Shown here: piece by piece, positions 33,231 to 43,491 of the stretch
Position numbering within the stretch: position 1 is the first letter of the stretch
Layout: every line of letters begins with the position of its first letter
Assembly: GCA_963812605.1 (NCBI GenBank)
Contig: CAWEWF010000010.1
Location: 32,001-96,000, forward strand
Length of the DNA: 64,000 bases
Source of the DNA: an uncultured Verrucomicrobiae bacterium
GTDB lineage: Bacteria > Verrucomicrobiota > Verrucomicrobiia > Palsa-1439
Direction of reading: 5' to 3'
The notes under the pieces: generated by a model
What the model saw: only the letters and a program-made list of their open reading frames with translations
Database searches by the model: none
Told to the model about the DNA's origin: nothing
Made by a program: the position numbers and the translations under genes

Positions 33231-34238
33231 TTAGGGCTGCAAGGCTTCGGAGTAGGCGCCAATGAGGGGGCCGAGCAGGTTCGCCATTTGGAAAATCATG
33301 TACACGCAGACGAGCCCGTAGGCGATGCGCGGGAGCCAGCTACTGAGAAGGTCGAGGCTTTGGCGCCAGCGTTCTTCGTAGTGTTGCGCCAGTCGATCCA
33401 GCATGTCGTCCAGCCGACCACTTTGTTCTCCCGTCGCCCAGAACTGGATGAGATGCTCCGGGAAAACGCCGGTGGCTTGCAGGGCCCGGCTGACTTCCAA
33501 CTGGCTGTCGATGAGGGGACGAGCCTCGTCGTAGGCGCGGGCGATCACCGGGCTATTAATGGTTTTGCTGGAAAACTCGAGCGCGGGGACGACGCCAAAA
33601 CCGGCTTTAAGCATCAAGCGAACCGAAGAAATCCACTGGCTGAGCGCGTAGTCAAACCGCACCCGACCCAGTACCGGCACGAAGCGAATGAATCGATCCA
33701 TGGCGAGGGCAAGTCCGGGGGTTTTGAAGGCGGCGCGAATGAGCCAGCGAATGACAGCGGCGACCACGACCAGGAGAATGAGGAATCCAACCGTGTCGCG
33801 CAGATACTCTGGCAAGCCGTAGTTTCCCTGCCCGAGCGCTCCCGAGACCAGGGCGGGAAGATGGGAAACGAACACGGCGACCATCAGTATTAGAGCGGGA
33901 AACATGGAAGCGGAGATTATTTTGCGACGCGCTTTGGCCAGGTTCTCGTAGTAATTGCTGAGAGACAACAGCCCCACGTCCAGGGCGCCGCTCTGTTCGC
34001 TAACGGCGAGAGTATGCTGATCGAGGCGCGCAAAACGGCAACGCGGGTTCTCGGCCACGGCCTGATGCAGGGGTTCGCCTTCCTGGACACGCTCGCCCAG
34101 AAACGCAACGGTCTTGCGCAGCGGACGCGGCCCGGTTTGCTGCAGGGAAGTGAGCGCATTGCGGATCGAAACCCCTGCCTGCAGCATCGTTCCCAACTGG
34201 TAATACAGAATCGCCAGGTCTTTGGAGGAAGGTTTCAT
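33231..34238 (-). CDS. Type II secretion system F / PilC family protein
   Basis: YYQLGTMLQAGV, EQSGALD and TGEQSGRLDDML; two GspF repeats. Confidence 0.9.
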   Translation of the reverse strand: MKPSSKDLAILYYQLGTMLQAGVSIRNALTSLQQTGPRPLRKTVAFLGERVQEGEPLHQAVAENPRCRFARLDQHTLAVSEQSGALDVGLLSLSNYYENLAKARRKIISASMFPALILMVAVFVSHLPALVSGALGQGNYGLPEYLRDTVGFLILLVVVAAVIRWLIRAAFKTPGLALAMDRFIRFVPVLGRVRFDYALSQWISSVRLMLKAGFGVVPALEFSSKTINSPVIARAYDEARPLIDSQLEVSRALQATGVFPEHLIQFWATGEQSGRLDDMLDRLAQHYEERWRQSLDLLSSWLPRIAYGLVCVYMIFQMANLLGPLIGAYSEALQP

Positions 34239-34353
34239 TCCTGTTTCGCAGCCGTTTCCAACGGCCACCACACCTTGCTCCGCAATCGGGGAAAACTCAA
34301 TCGCGAAACAGGATATTCCAACCCCTGGCGTTGGGATGTCAATCCGTTGGGGC

Positions 34354-35108
34354 TTATCTCCAGTAACCGGAAACCCACACGCCGCTACCGCCGCGCCGCG
34401 TGTAGTAACCGCCAACCCAAACTGCCCGGCGATGAGGCGGCCAGGCCCAGCGGCCTCGCACCCAGACCCAGCGTCCGCCGTACCATCCCCAATAACCGCC
34501 GACCCAAACGTAACCCGGACCCGGGGCCGGATAGTAGACGTCTTCCACGATCGGCGGCGGCGGAGGTTGGGCCACCACGACTTCCTGATACTCCTGCGAC
34601 GGAGGCGGCGGTGGCGGTCCTGCGTCGGCGCCGCTGGCCGTGTTGATCATGACATCGATGACCCGCTCGCTGACACCGGCGTCCTTGAGGTCGATGATCT
34701 CCGCGGTGCTCAGGTGGTACATCGTGTGCGAATTACGAATCTGGCTGATGATGACTTCATCGCTGACGCCCGCTTTCGCCAGCGCCTTGATGTCCGCTGT
34801 CCCCAGCGGCTGGCCCTGGTCGATGCGTACCAACGTTTGCGGGGAATACTCGCGGACTCGCTCCCGTTGCTGCTGGTCGATGGAATTGCCAATGATGGCG
34901 CCGGTGAGCGCCCCGATTGCGCCTCCGATCAAGCGCGCCCGCGCCCGCGTTACGGCCGCCAATGACGGCTCCCGAGGCGGCGCCGACCCCGGCTCCCACC
35001 AACGCGCCCGTAGCGGTGTTGTCCGGACGGCCCGGACGGAGTTTCGCATCCCACCGCCAGCGCAACCCCAATCGCCACCGCTGTGACACTAATAGTATGA
35101 TATTTCAT
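34354..35108 (-). CDS. Lipoprotein with glycine zipper and YXWGXW-type repeat, frameshifted
   Basis: Lipobox LAVGC; GALVGAGVGA/GALIGGAIGA; PGPGYVWVGGYWGW. Confidence 0.8.
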
Positions 35109-35271
35109 ATTTCAGCTCCTTGTATTTCCCTTCGACAAACATACCCATGCGGACGTTAGATGCAACTGGTTCTTCCTGTCGTTCACATCAATCAATGTCT
35201 ACGCGATCCGTCGTGCTAGTGGAGCATTAACACCGCCAAACCCGATTGGGTTTCCACGGGAAATTTTTCCG

Positions 35272-35289
35272 CTTGACTGATCGGTCAAG
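35272..35289. promoter_or_regulatory. TetR operator palindrome CTTGACTGATCGGTCAAG overlapping a -35 element
   Basis: Near-perfect palindrome upstream of tetR; a similar site occurs at 35951. Confidence 0.7.
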
Positions 35290-35316
35290 TAAAGCGATGT
35301 TTCGGCCGTTGAAATT

Positions 35317-35947
35317 ATGAAGACCGAATGCGATACCAAGCAGAAGTTGTTGGACACGGCCATGCAGCTTATTTGGGAACAGAGCTACGGGGCGGTCAGC
35401 GTGGATCACATTTGCGAGCGGGCCAGCGCGAAGAAGGGGAGTTTTTACCATTTCTTCCCGTCGAAATCGGATTTGGCGGTCGCGGCGATCGACGATCATT
35501 GGCGGAAGCTGCGGCCCGATCTGGATCGTATCTTTTCGCCGCAAGCGCCGCCGTTGGAACGATTGGCGGGGTATTGCGATTTTGTTTACGAGCAGCAGAG
35601 GCAGCAAATGCAGAGATTTGGCAGGGTTTGTGGGTGTGCCTTCACTTCCCTGGGCTCCGAGTTAAGCACGCAGGACGAAAAAATCCGGAAGAAATCACTG
35701 CAGATCATGGAGTGGCGCTGCAAGTATCTTGCGGCGGCCATCCGTGACGCCGTCCGGGAGGGAGCTGGTTCCGGAACAGGACTGCGACGCCAAAGCCCGC
35801 GACCTGTATGGGAGCGTCCTGGGCGTGCTCTTGCAGGCAAAAATCGAAAACAATCTGGCGATCATCCGCCACTTGAAGCCGACGATCTTTCGGCTGATCG
35901 GCGTGCCCGAAAAGGAAGTCGCGGGCACGCCAAGCCGTCAGCCATAA
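35317..35947 (+). CDS. TetR/AcrR (NemR-like) regulator, frameshifted near 35762
   Basis: KGSFYHFFPSKSDL HTH; GCAFTSLGSELST. Confidence 0.9.
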
Positions 35948-35950
35948 TCC

Positions 35951-35966
35951 TAGACCAAGCGGTCAA
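35951..35966. promoter_or_regulatory. Second TetR-like operator TAGACCAAGCGGTCAA upstream of the RND gene
   Basis: Matches the T(T/A)GAC-N6-GTCAA pattern of the 35272 site. Confidence 0.6.
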
Positions 35967-36011
35967 CACCATGAACATGAATGACACCCGGAGCCGATTG
36001 CGGAGGACGCC

Positions 36012-39000
36012 ATGTGGATCGTCAAGCTAGCGCTCCGCCGCCCCTATACCTTTGTCGTCGCGGCCTTGCTGCTGCTGTTATTGACGCCATTCATTCTCTT
36101 GCGCACGCCGACGGACATTTTTCCCGCCATTAATATCCCCGTCGTCAGCATCGTCTGGAACTACACGGGCTTGAATGCGGTCGACATGGAAAACCGCATC
36201 GTCTACAACGAAGAGCGCGCGTTGACGACCACGGTCAATAATATCGAGCACATCGAGTCCTCCTCGTACAATGGCATTGGGGTCATTAAGGTATTCTTCC
36301 GCCAGGGGACTTCCGTGGATGCCGGCGTGGCCCAGGTCACGGCCATTTCGCAGACGGTGCTGCGCGCGTTGCCGCCCGGGACCACGCCGCCGCTGATTAT
36401 CCAGTACAACGCGTCCACGGTCCCCATCCTCCAGTATGGCGTCAGCAGCCAGACGCTTTCCGAGCAGGAGGTTTTTGACGCCAGTGTGAACCAGATCCGC
36501 GTCGGTTTGATCACCGTGCAGGGAGCGGCCATTCCGTTCCCCTATGGCGGCAAGCAGCGGCTGGTGTCCGTGGACCTTGACCTGAAGGCTTTGCAGTCGC
36601 AGAACCTTTCCCCCATAGATGTCGTCAACGCGATCACCCTCCAAAATTTCGTCCTGCCCAGCGGCACGGCGAAAATCGGCGCGACGGAATACGACATTGA
36701 CCTCAATACCAGCCCGAAACTACTGGATGAGTTGAACGACCTGCCGATTAAAACCGTCAATGGGGCCGTGATCCACGTTCGCGACGTGGCCCAGGTGCGC
36801 GATGGTTATCTGCCCCAGCAGAATGTTGTCCGCCAGGATGGCTTCCGCAGCGTCTTGATCAGCATTCTCAAGACCGGAACCGCCTCGACCCTGAGCGTCG
36901 CCAACGGCGTGAAGCACGCCATGGCCGCCACGATGAACACCGTCTCCGATAAACTGATCGTGAAGCAATTCATCGACCAGTCGATTTTTGTGCGCGCGGC
37001 CATCTCGGGCGTGATTCGCGAGGGGGTGATCGCGGCGTGCCTGACGGCGATCATGATCCTGTTGTTTCTCGGCTCGTGGCGCGGCACGGTCATCATCGCG
37101 CTGTCGATTCCTCTTTCGATTTTGGTGTCGCTGGCAGTCCTGAGCGCTTTGGGCGAAACGATCAACCTCATGACGCTGGGCGGGCTGGCGCTGGCGGTTG
37201 GCATCCTCGTTGATGACGCGACCGTGGAGCTGGAAAACGTCCATCGCCAGATGGCGTTGGGCAAGCCGACCATCCAGGCGATTCTGGACGGGGCGCAGGA
37301 GATCGCCCTGCCGGCGTTCGTCTCGACGCTCTGTATCTGCATTGTGTTCGTCCCGATGTTTTTCCTGGCGGGCGTGGCGCGCTATTTGTTCGTGCCGCTG
37401 GCCGAAGCGGTGGTGTTCGCGATGCTGGCCAGTTATGCGCTGTCGCGAACGTTGGTGCCGACCATGGTGATGTTTTTCTACCGCCACGTGGAGTACCACG
37501 GTCACGGCGCCGACCCCAACAAGGTCGCGCCGTGGTTGCGTCCATTTGCCCGTCTACAGGTCAGTTTTGAAAAGGGCTTTGATAAACTTCGCGAGAACTA
37601 CCGCGCCCTCCTCGGCGTTGTTTTTGAGCACCGGATCCTCTTTTCCGTGGTATTTCTGGCATTTTGCCTGGGGTCGTGTTTGCTGATACCGCTGCTCGGA
37701 CAGGATTTCTTCCCTTCCGTTGACGCGGGGACGTTTCGATTGCACGCGCGCGTTCGTAGCGGCACCCGCATCGAGGAAACCGCCAAGGCCATCGATGAGA
37801 TCGAAGTCGCCATTCGACAGGAAATCCCGCGCGAAGAATTGCACGGCATTCTCGATAACATCGGCCTGCCGAATTCCTCCATCAACCTCACCTACAGCGA
37901 CAGTGGCGTCTCGGGGCCGAATGACGCGGACATCCTGGTCTCGCTCAACGAGGGGCATCGGCCTACTTCCGAATATGTCCGGCGCTTGCGGCTCCGTTTG
38001 AACCGCGATTTTCCCGGGACAACGTTTTATTTCCTGCCCGCCGACATTGTCAGCCAGACGATCAACTTTGGTTTGCCGGCCCCATTTGACATCCAGATCG
38101 TCGGACGTGACCAGGTCAAGAACCGGGAAGTGGCCTCGCGTTTGGTGGACAAACTCCGGCAGGTTCCCGGCGCGGTGGATGTGCGCATCCAGCAACCCAG
38201 CGACCGGCCCAAGCTCGAGTTCGTCGTCGACCGCACGAAGGCGTCCGAGATGGGCCTCACCGAGAATGACGTGGCCAACTCGGTGTTGTTGAACCTCAGC
38301 GGCAGCAGCCAGGTGACGCCTTCGTACTGGGTCAATTTTGGCCTCGGCGTGCAGTATGTGTTGAACATCCGCGCCCCGGAATATCGGATGGAATCGTTGG
38401 CCGATCTCAACTCGATGCCGGTGAGCGCCAGCCAGCCCGGCGCGGGGAACGGCCAATTGCTCTCGAATCTCGCGAGTTTCAAGCGCACCACTGGCCCGCC
38501 GGTCATCTCCCATTATGATGTGCGGCCGGTGCTCGATATTTTCGGCGGCGTGGGCGGTCGCGACCTGGGCGGAGTATTGCATGATATTCAACCGCTCATC
38601 AAGCAAGCGGAGAGGGAACTGCCACGCGGCAGTCTCATCCTGGTGCGCGGGCAAGCGGAAACGATGCATTCCAGCTTCATCGGATTGAGCATCGGCCTGG
38701 TCATGGCCATTGCGCTCATCTATTTGCTGTTGGTCGTGAATTTCCAGAGCTGGCTCGACCCGTTCATCATCATCACGGCGCTGCCGGGCGCGCTCGCCGG
38801 TGTGGTCTGGGCCTTGCATATCACGATCACGACGGTCAGCGTCCCCGCGCTGATGGGCGCCATCATGAGCCTCGGCGTCGCCACGGCGAATTCCGTCCTG
38901 GTGGTCACTTTTGCGCGCAATCATCTTCGCGAAGGGCATGATCCGTTGACCTCGGCTTGGGAAGCCGGGGTGGGCCGGTTGCGCCCGGTGATCATGACGG

Positions 39001-39239
39001 CAATGGCCATGATCATCGGTATGCTCCCGATGGCCCTGGGACTTGGGGAAGGCGGCGAGCAGAATGCGCCGTTGGGCCGCGCGGTCATCGGCGGCCTGGT
39101 GGTGGCCACGTTTGCCACGCTCTTTTTCGTGCCGGTGGTCTTCAGCCTGATGCGCCGTCACTCGACAAGCTCGGACCAGGAAAAAGTTAACGCGGTAATC
39201 CAGGCACACGGCGTTCTTCCCAACACGGTAGCTACATGA
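36012..39239 (+). CDS. RND efflux permease (AcrB/AcrD/AcrF family)
   Basis: Intact 1075 aa; MTLGGLALAVGILVDDA, RLRPVIMTA and APLGRAVIGG motifs. Confidence 0.95.
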   Translation: MWIVKLALRRPYTFVVAALLLLLLTPFILLRTPTDIFPAINIPVVSIVWNYTGLNAVDMENRIVYNEERALTTTVNNIEHIESSSYNGIGVIKVFFRQGTSVDAGVAQVTAISQTVLRALPPGTTPPLIIQYNASTVPILQYGVSSQTLSEQEVFDASVNQIRVGLITVQGAAIPFPYGGKQRLVSVDLDLKALQSQNLSPIDVVNAITLQNFVLPSGTAKIGATEYDIDLNTSPKLLDELNDLPIKTVNGAVIHVRDVAQVRDGYLPQQNVVRQDGFRSVLISILKTGTASTLSVANGVKHAMAATMNTVSDKLIVKQFIDQSIFVRAAISGVIREGVIAACLTAIMILLFLGSWRGTVIIALSIPLSILVSLAVLSALGETINLMTLGGLALAVGILVDDATVELENVHRQMALGKPTIQAILDGAQEIALPAFVSTLCICIVFVPMFFLAGVARYLFVPLAEAVVFAMLASYALSRTLVPTMVMFFYRHVEYHGHGADPNKVAPWLRPFARLQVSFEKGFDKLRENYRALLGVVFEHRILFSVVFLAFCLGSCLLIPLLGQDFFPSVDAGTFRLHARVRSGTRIEETAKAIDEIEVAIRQEIPREELHGILDNIGLPNSSINLTYSDSGVSGPNDADILVSLNEGHRPTSEYVRRLRLRLNRDFPGTTFYFLPADIVSQTINFGLPAPFDIQIVGRDQVKNREVASRLVDKLRQVPGAVDVRIQQPSDRPKLEFVVDRTKASEMGLTENDVANSVLLNLSGSSQVTPSYWVNFGLGVQYVLNIRAPEYRMESLADLNSMPVSASQPGAGNGQLLSNLASFKRTTGPPVISHYDVRPVLDIFGGVGGRDLGGVLHDIQPLIKQAERELPRGSLILVRGQAETMHSSFIGLSIGLVMAIALIYLLLVVNFQSWLDPFIIITALPGALAGVVWALHITITTVSVPALMGAIMSLGVATANSVLVVTFARNHLREGHDPLTSAWEAGVGRLRPVIMTAMAMIIGMLPMALGLGEGGEQNAPLGRAVIGGLVVATFATLFFVPVVFSLMRRHSTSSDQEKVNAVIQAHGVLPNTVAT

Positions 39240-39251
39240 GGAAATGTTGTT

Positions 39252-40479
39252 ATGAATTCGCTTGAGAACAGTCCAACGCAAACCCCGGAAACCAAGGGGC
39301 CGGCGGCGCCCATCGCGCCGCTTGGCCAGAAGGAGGGGAGGCCGCCCGTCAAACTGCGCCGCGTAGGAATCGTCATCGTGGCGATAATCCTGGTGGGTTT
39401 CATCATCGGCTTCATCCCCCGCTGGCGCCAGCGCACGGCCTTGCGCGCCGAAACGCTTGAGCTGGCCACACCCACGGTTCGCGTCGTGTCGGCCGTGCCC
39501 AGTGGATCTGCTGGCGGCCTTTTACTGCCCGGCGGAAGTCAGACCCCTTGTCGAAGCGCCGATCTTCGCCCGGGCCAACGGTTATCTCAAACGCTGGCTG
39601 GTGGATATCGGGGCGCATGTCGATGCCGGCCAGTTGATCGCCGAAATCGACATTCCGGACCTGGACCAACAACTCGATCAGGCCCGCGCCCAGCTCGCGG
39701 AGTCGGATGCGGCCCTGGCGTTGGCCAAGACCACCGCTGACCGCTGGGCCGACCTGCTCAAGACTTCCAGCGTCAGCGAGCAGGAAAACGCGGAGAAGCA
39801 GGCCGACTTCAAGCTCAAGACCGCGACCGTCGAGGCCAACCGGGCCAACGTCCATCGCCTGGAGCAACTGGTGTCCTTTGCGCGGATCACGGCGCCCTTT
39901 GCCGGGACGATCACCGCGCGCAATACCGATGTCGGCGACCTGATTGTGGCGGGCAGCAGCAAGGAACTTTTCCGGCTCGCACAAACCGAAACGCTTCGGG
40001 TTTACGTGCGCGTGCCGCAAACAGCCGCCCACGGCATCGCTCCGGGCCAGCCGGCGGAAGTGCTGATTCCCGAGATGCCCGGTCGCGTCTTTCCGGCGAA
40101 GGTGGTCACCACTTCGGGAGCGATGGCGACGGATTCGCGCACCTTGCTGACCGAGCTGCAAGTGGACAACTCCAAGAATGAGATCCTCCCGGGCAGCTAT
40201 GCCCAGGTGCGTTTTCTCGATACCACACCCGGCGCCACTCTGACCTTGCCGTCGAACACGTTGTTGTTCCGCGCCCAGGGCCTGCAGGTTGGTGTCGTCG
40301 GACCGGGCGGCAAGGTTGACTTGCACGACGTGCAGATCGGCCGCGACTTTGGCCAGAAAGTGGAGGTGCTCTCCGGCGTCAGCGCCAGCGATCAGGTCAT
40401 AGTCAATCCCTCGGACTCGTTGGTCGGCGGCACGAGCGTGCGCCTCGCGGAAGCACCCAAGACAGTAGCCAGCAAATGA
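39252..40479 (+). CDS. RND periplasmic adaptor, frameshifted near 39525
   Basis: IFARANGYL..W.VDIGA, ITAPFAGTIT and GRDFG motifs. Confidence 0.9.
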
Positions 40480-41945
40480 AACTGGCGCGACACAGAGTTG
40501 TGGTGGCGGTTGCGGGTTTGTTGCTGGCGGGCTGCGCGGTCGGCCCGGATTACAAACGCCCGCAAGCCACCGCCACCATGCCCGGCGCGTATGCCGGCGC
40601 GACCAATGAATGGAAAGTCGCCGAGCCACAGGCCGGCGCGCCCAAGGGCAAGTGGTGGGAGATGTTTGGGGACGCGGAGCTGGACCAGTTGGAAGCCAAT
40701 GCGGTGACGGCCAACCAGCAACTCAAGGCGGCGGTCGCGGCTTTCGACCAGGCGCGCGCGCTGACGGACGCCGCGCGATCCGGACTTTTTCCGCACCTGG
40801 CGTTTTCCCCGTCGGCCACGCGCGAGGGCGACTCGTTGAACCGTCCGATCAATGGCAAGGCCGCCGGCAAGAGCCAGACCTTTTCGTTCAACACGTTTAC
40901 CGCGCCGCTCGATCTCACGTATGAAGTGGACCTCTGGGGACGCGTGCGGCGCACTGTGGAATCCTCACGTTCCCAGGAGCAAGCCAGCGCCGACGACCTG
41001 GAGAATATCAAACTGGGGATCGAGGCGGAAGTGGCCATGGACTATTTTACGCTTCGCTCCCTTGATGCGCAGACGGTGTTGCTGCGCACCGACATTGAAG
41101 TTTTCCAAAAGTCACTTGAACTGACCCAGAACCGCCGCGACGGCGGGGTCGCGACCGACCTGGATGTCGCCCAGGCTGAAACCGTGCTCAAGACGACGCA
41201 GGCGGAACTGCCCGGCACTTTGTTGCAGCGCGCGCAATTTGAGCATGCGCTCGCGGTACTGACCGGCCAACCCGCTTCCACGTTTACGGTGACAGAACGG
41301 CCGCTCGAGATCATGCCGCCCATCATTCCGCCCGGTTTGCCCTCGGCGTTACTGGAGCGTCGGCCCGATATTTCCGCCGCCGAACGCAGGATGGCCGCCG
41401 CCAATGCGAATGTCGGCGTGGCCAAGGCCGCGTTCTTCCCCACGATCCTGATCAATGGCCTGGGAGGGTTTGAAAGCGTGAACGCGGGGACGGTGTTCAA
41501 CTGGCAAAGCCGGTTTTGGTCCCTCGGCCCGTCGCTCACACTGCCGCTCTTCGAGGGCGGACAAAACGTGGCCAATCTGCGGGCTTCGCGGGCGGCTTAT
41601 GACGAGTCGGTGGCGAACTACCGCCAAAGCGTGCTGGCGGCGTTTGCCGATGTGGAAGACAACCTGGCGGCCCAGAATTTTCTCAGCCGGCAATACGACG
41701 CGGAAGGCGCGGCGCTGGAGGCGGCCCGCAAACAGCTGGAGATCGCCAACAATCGCTACAAGGCGGGACTGATCACGTTTCTTGATGTCGCGACCGCCCA
41801 GAGCACCGAGTTGGGCGTCCAGAGCACGACGGTGCAATTGCGCGGCCAGCAACTGGTGGCCGCGGTGGCGCTGGTGAAGTCGCTCGGCGGCGGCTGGCAG
41901 GACCCTTTCGTGACGGCGCAATCTTCGCCGCGGACGAACCCCTGA
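40476..41945 (+). CDS. Efflux outer-membrane lipoprotein (NodT/OprM family)
   Basis: LAGCAVGPDY lipobox; YEVDLWG, LLERRPDI and LGGGW motifs. Confidence 0.95.
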   Translation: MKLARHRVVVAVAGLLLAGCAVGPDYKRPQATATMPGAYAGATNEWKVAEPQAGAPKGKWWEMFGDAELDQLEANAVTANQQLKAAVAAFDQARALTDAARSGLFPHLAFSPSATREGDSLNRPINGKAAGKSQTFSFNTFTAPLDLTYEVDLWGRVRRTVESSRSQEQASADDLENIKLGIEAEVAMDYFTLRSLDAQTVLLRTDIEVFQKSLELTQNRRDGGVATDLDVAQAETVLKTTQAELPGTLLQRAQFEHALAVLTGQPASTFTVTERPLEIMPPIIPPGLPSALLERRPDISAAERRMAAANANVGVAKAAFFPTILINGLGGFESVNAGTVFNWQSRFWSLGPSLTLPLFEGGQNVANLRASRAAYDESVANYRQSVLAAFADVEDNLAAQNFLSRQYDAEGAALEAARKQLEIANNRYKAGLITFLDVATAQSTELGVQSTTVQLRGQQLVAAVALVKSLGGGWQDPFVTAQSSPRTNP

Positions 41946-41946
41946 G

Positions 41947-42858
41947 TTACCAGGAAAAATGATTGAGGCCGTAAATCAGCGAAGCGCCCAGATAGCCGGC
42001 GACGCTGACCAGGATGGCGCCGATAACCAGTGTCAGGTGGAACCAGCGATACACCCGTTGCGAACTTTCCTGTCGGTTTGAAAGCTCCGAGAGCGTGGCC
42101 GCCAATACGGCCCAGATGGCGGTGGCCGTGCCGACCCAGCGATGCCACCACAGCACCGATGCCGAGACCCCGGCGTAGGTTGAAAAAGGAGCGTCGCACC
42201 AACCCAGGGTTGCCGTGATCACGGCGGTCACCGCGCCGAGCATGACACAGAATCGGGCCGTCGCTTTCCACGAGTCTTTGCGGGTGAGGATCCAGAGGAA
42301 ATCGACCGGCAGCGCGACGATGAGCAGGGCGATGGGAAAATGCGTGGATGGCGGGTGAAACTGCCCGACGTCGCGAACGATGCGCCGGCGCAAGGTCAAC
42401 GGTGGGGGCTTCGGCGGCGAGACGACGGGAGGACCGGGCGGCGCGCCGACTTCGATCCAGGCTTTGACGATTTCTTTTTCCTCAATGGTCAGCGGCGGCA
42501 AATTCTCCTTGGCAGGGGGCATTTCGTTGTGGAACACCGTCTGGTAAAGCTCCGATTTCACTGGGTTTCCCGGGACGACCATCTTGGGATTGGCGGCAAC
42601 GCGGGCCAGGTCGGTGACGTAGCCGAATTTGCCCTTGGGCCGCGCGAGGTCCGCGCCATGGCACTGCGTGCAGCGGGCTTGGAAAATTGCGTGAACCTGG
42701 CTGGCCAGCGCCGGGATGGGTGACGGCGGAACGTTTTGGGGCGATGGTTCTTCAGCCCCGGCGTTCCAAGCGCTGCCGACCAACAAGATGAAGGTCAGGG
42801 CGAGCGCCCTAACAGCGGAGCCCCTCACTTCAAGGCCCCTGCGGCGGCGGGCCTCCAT
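41947..42858 (-). CDS. Planctomycete-type cytochrome c fused to a DUF2231-like membrane domain
   Basis: CTQCHG...MPP...WIEVGA, then FHPPSTHFPIALL, H.W.G and GASLIYG. Confidence 0.8.
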   Translation of the reverse strand: MEARRRRGLEVRGSAVRALALTFILLVGSAWNAGAEEPSPQNVPPSPIPALASQVHAIFQARCTQCHGADLARPKGKFGYVTDLARVAANPKMVVPGNPVKSELYQTVFHNEMPPAKENLPPLTIEEKEIVKAWIEVGAPPGPPVVSPPKPPPLTLRRRIVRDVGQFHPPSTHFPIALLIVALPVDFLWILTRKDSWKATARFCVMLGAVTAVITATLGWCDAPFSTYAGVSASVLWWHRWVGTATAIWAVLAATLSELSNRQESSQRVYRWFHLTLVIGAILVSVAGYLGASLIYGLNHFSW

Positions 42859-43303
42859 GATGGTGGTCGTCGCCCACGCCGAGGTCCTTGTGGCCCGACT
42901 CTTTCAATTGCTTGAGCTTGTCGATTTCCGCCTTGGCGACGGCGCTATTGTCGGCGCTAATGGCCGCCTTCAGCAAATCAATCTCGTTGATCACCGCATT
43001 CAGGTCCTTGTGAAATGTATCGAGGGTCTTGGCTTGGTCTTCCGGTGACATCTTGTCCAACTTTGGCGGAGTGAGCGTCCGGGCCGTCTCCGCGTGTTTT
43101 TGCATCGTCGCCACCAGTTCGAGCGTGGACGCTTTCTGGGCCGGATCGGTATATTGGCGGCCGATCAACTTGAGGCTGCGATTCATCCCCTCCATTTCGG
43201 CGTGAAGCGGCGAATCTTTTCCTCCCTGCGCAAAAGTGCGGACCGGCAGGAGCAAGGTAAGCGAGAGAACAGCAAGCGCAAAGCGCGACAACATTGTTTT
43301 CAT
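42830..43303 (-). CDS. Secreted cytochrome b562-like four-helix protein
   Basis: Signal peptide; N-terminal Met (LHAEMEGM) and C-terminal GH (KESGHKDL) without CxxCH; His-rich tail. Confidence 0.7.
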   Translation of the reverse strand: MKTMLSRFALAVLSLTLLLPVRTFAQGGKDSPLHAEMEGMNRSLKLIGRQYTDPAQKASTLELVATMQKHAETARTLTPPKLDKMSPEDQAKTLDTFHKDLNAVINEIDLLKAAISADNSAVAKAEIDKLKQLKESGHKDLGVGDDHHHGGPPPQGP

Positions 43304-43408
43304 AATAATCACCGTCGAATAGTGGAATTAATGACTGAATTTGGGGTTTGAAGCAAGAACAGAAAATCCGGTGGGAACGAACCGGTCTATCCTGGCAGTG
43401 CCGCCAGA

Positions 43409-43468
43409 TTGTAGCCGCGAATCGCATTCGCGTCCCTTTCCCGCCGCGAAAATGTTTCGCGGCTACAA
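43409..43468. repeat. GTAG-type REP doublet (REPIN-like)
   Basis: ttgtagccgcgaatcgcattcgcg...cgcgaaaatgtttcgcggctacaa; two inverted hairpin units. Confidence 0.7.
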
Positions 43469-43491
43469 AAAGACGGCTGGCTCGTTGACGA

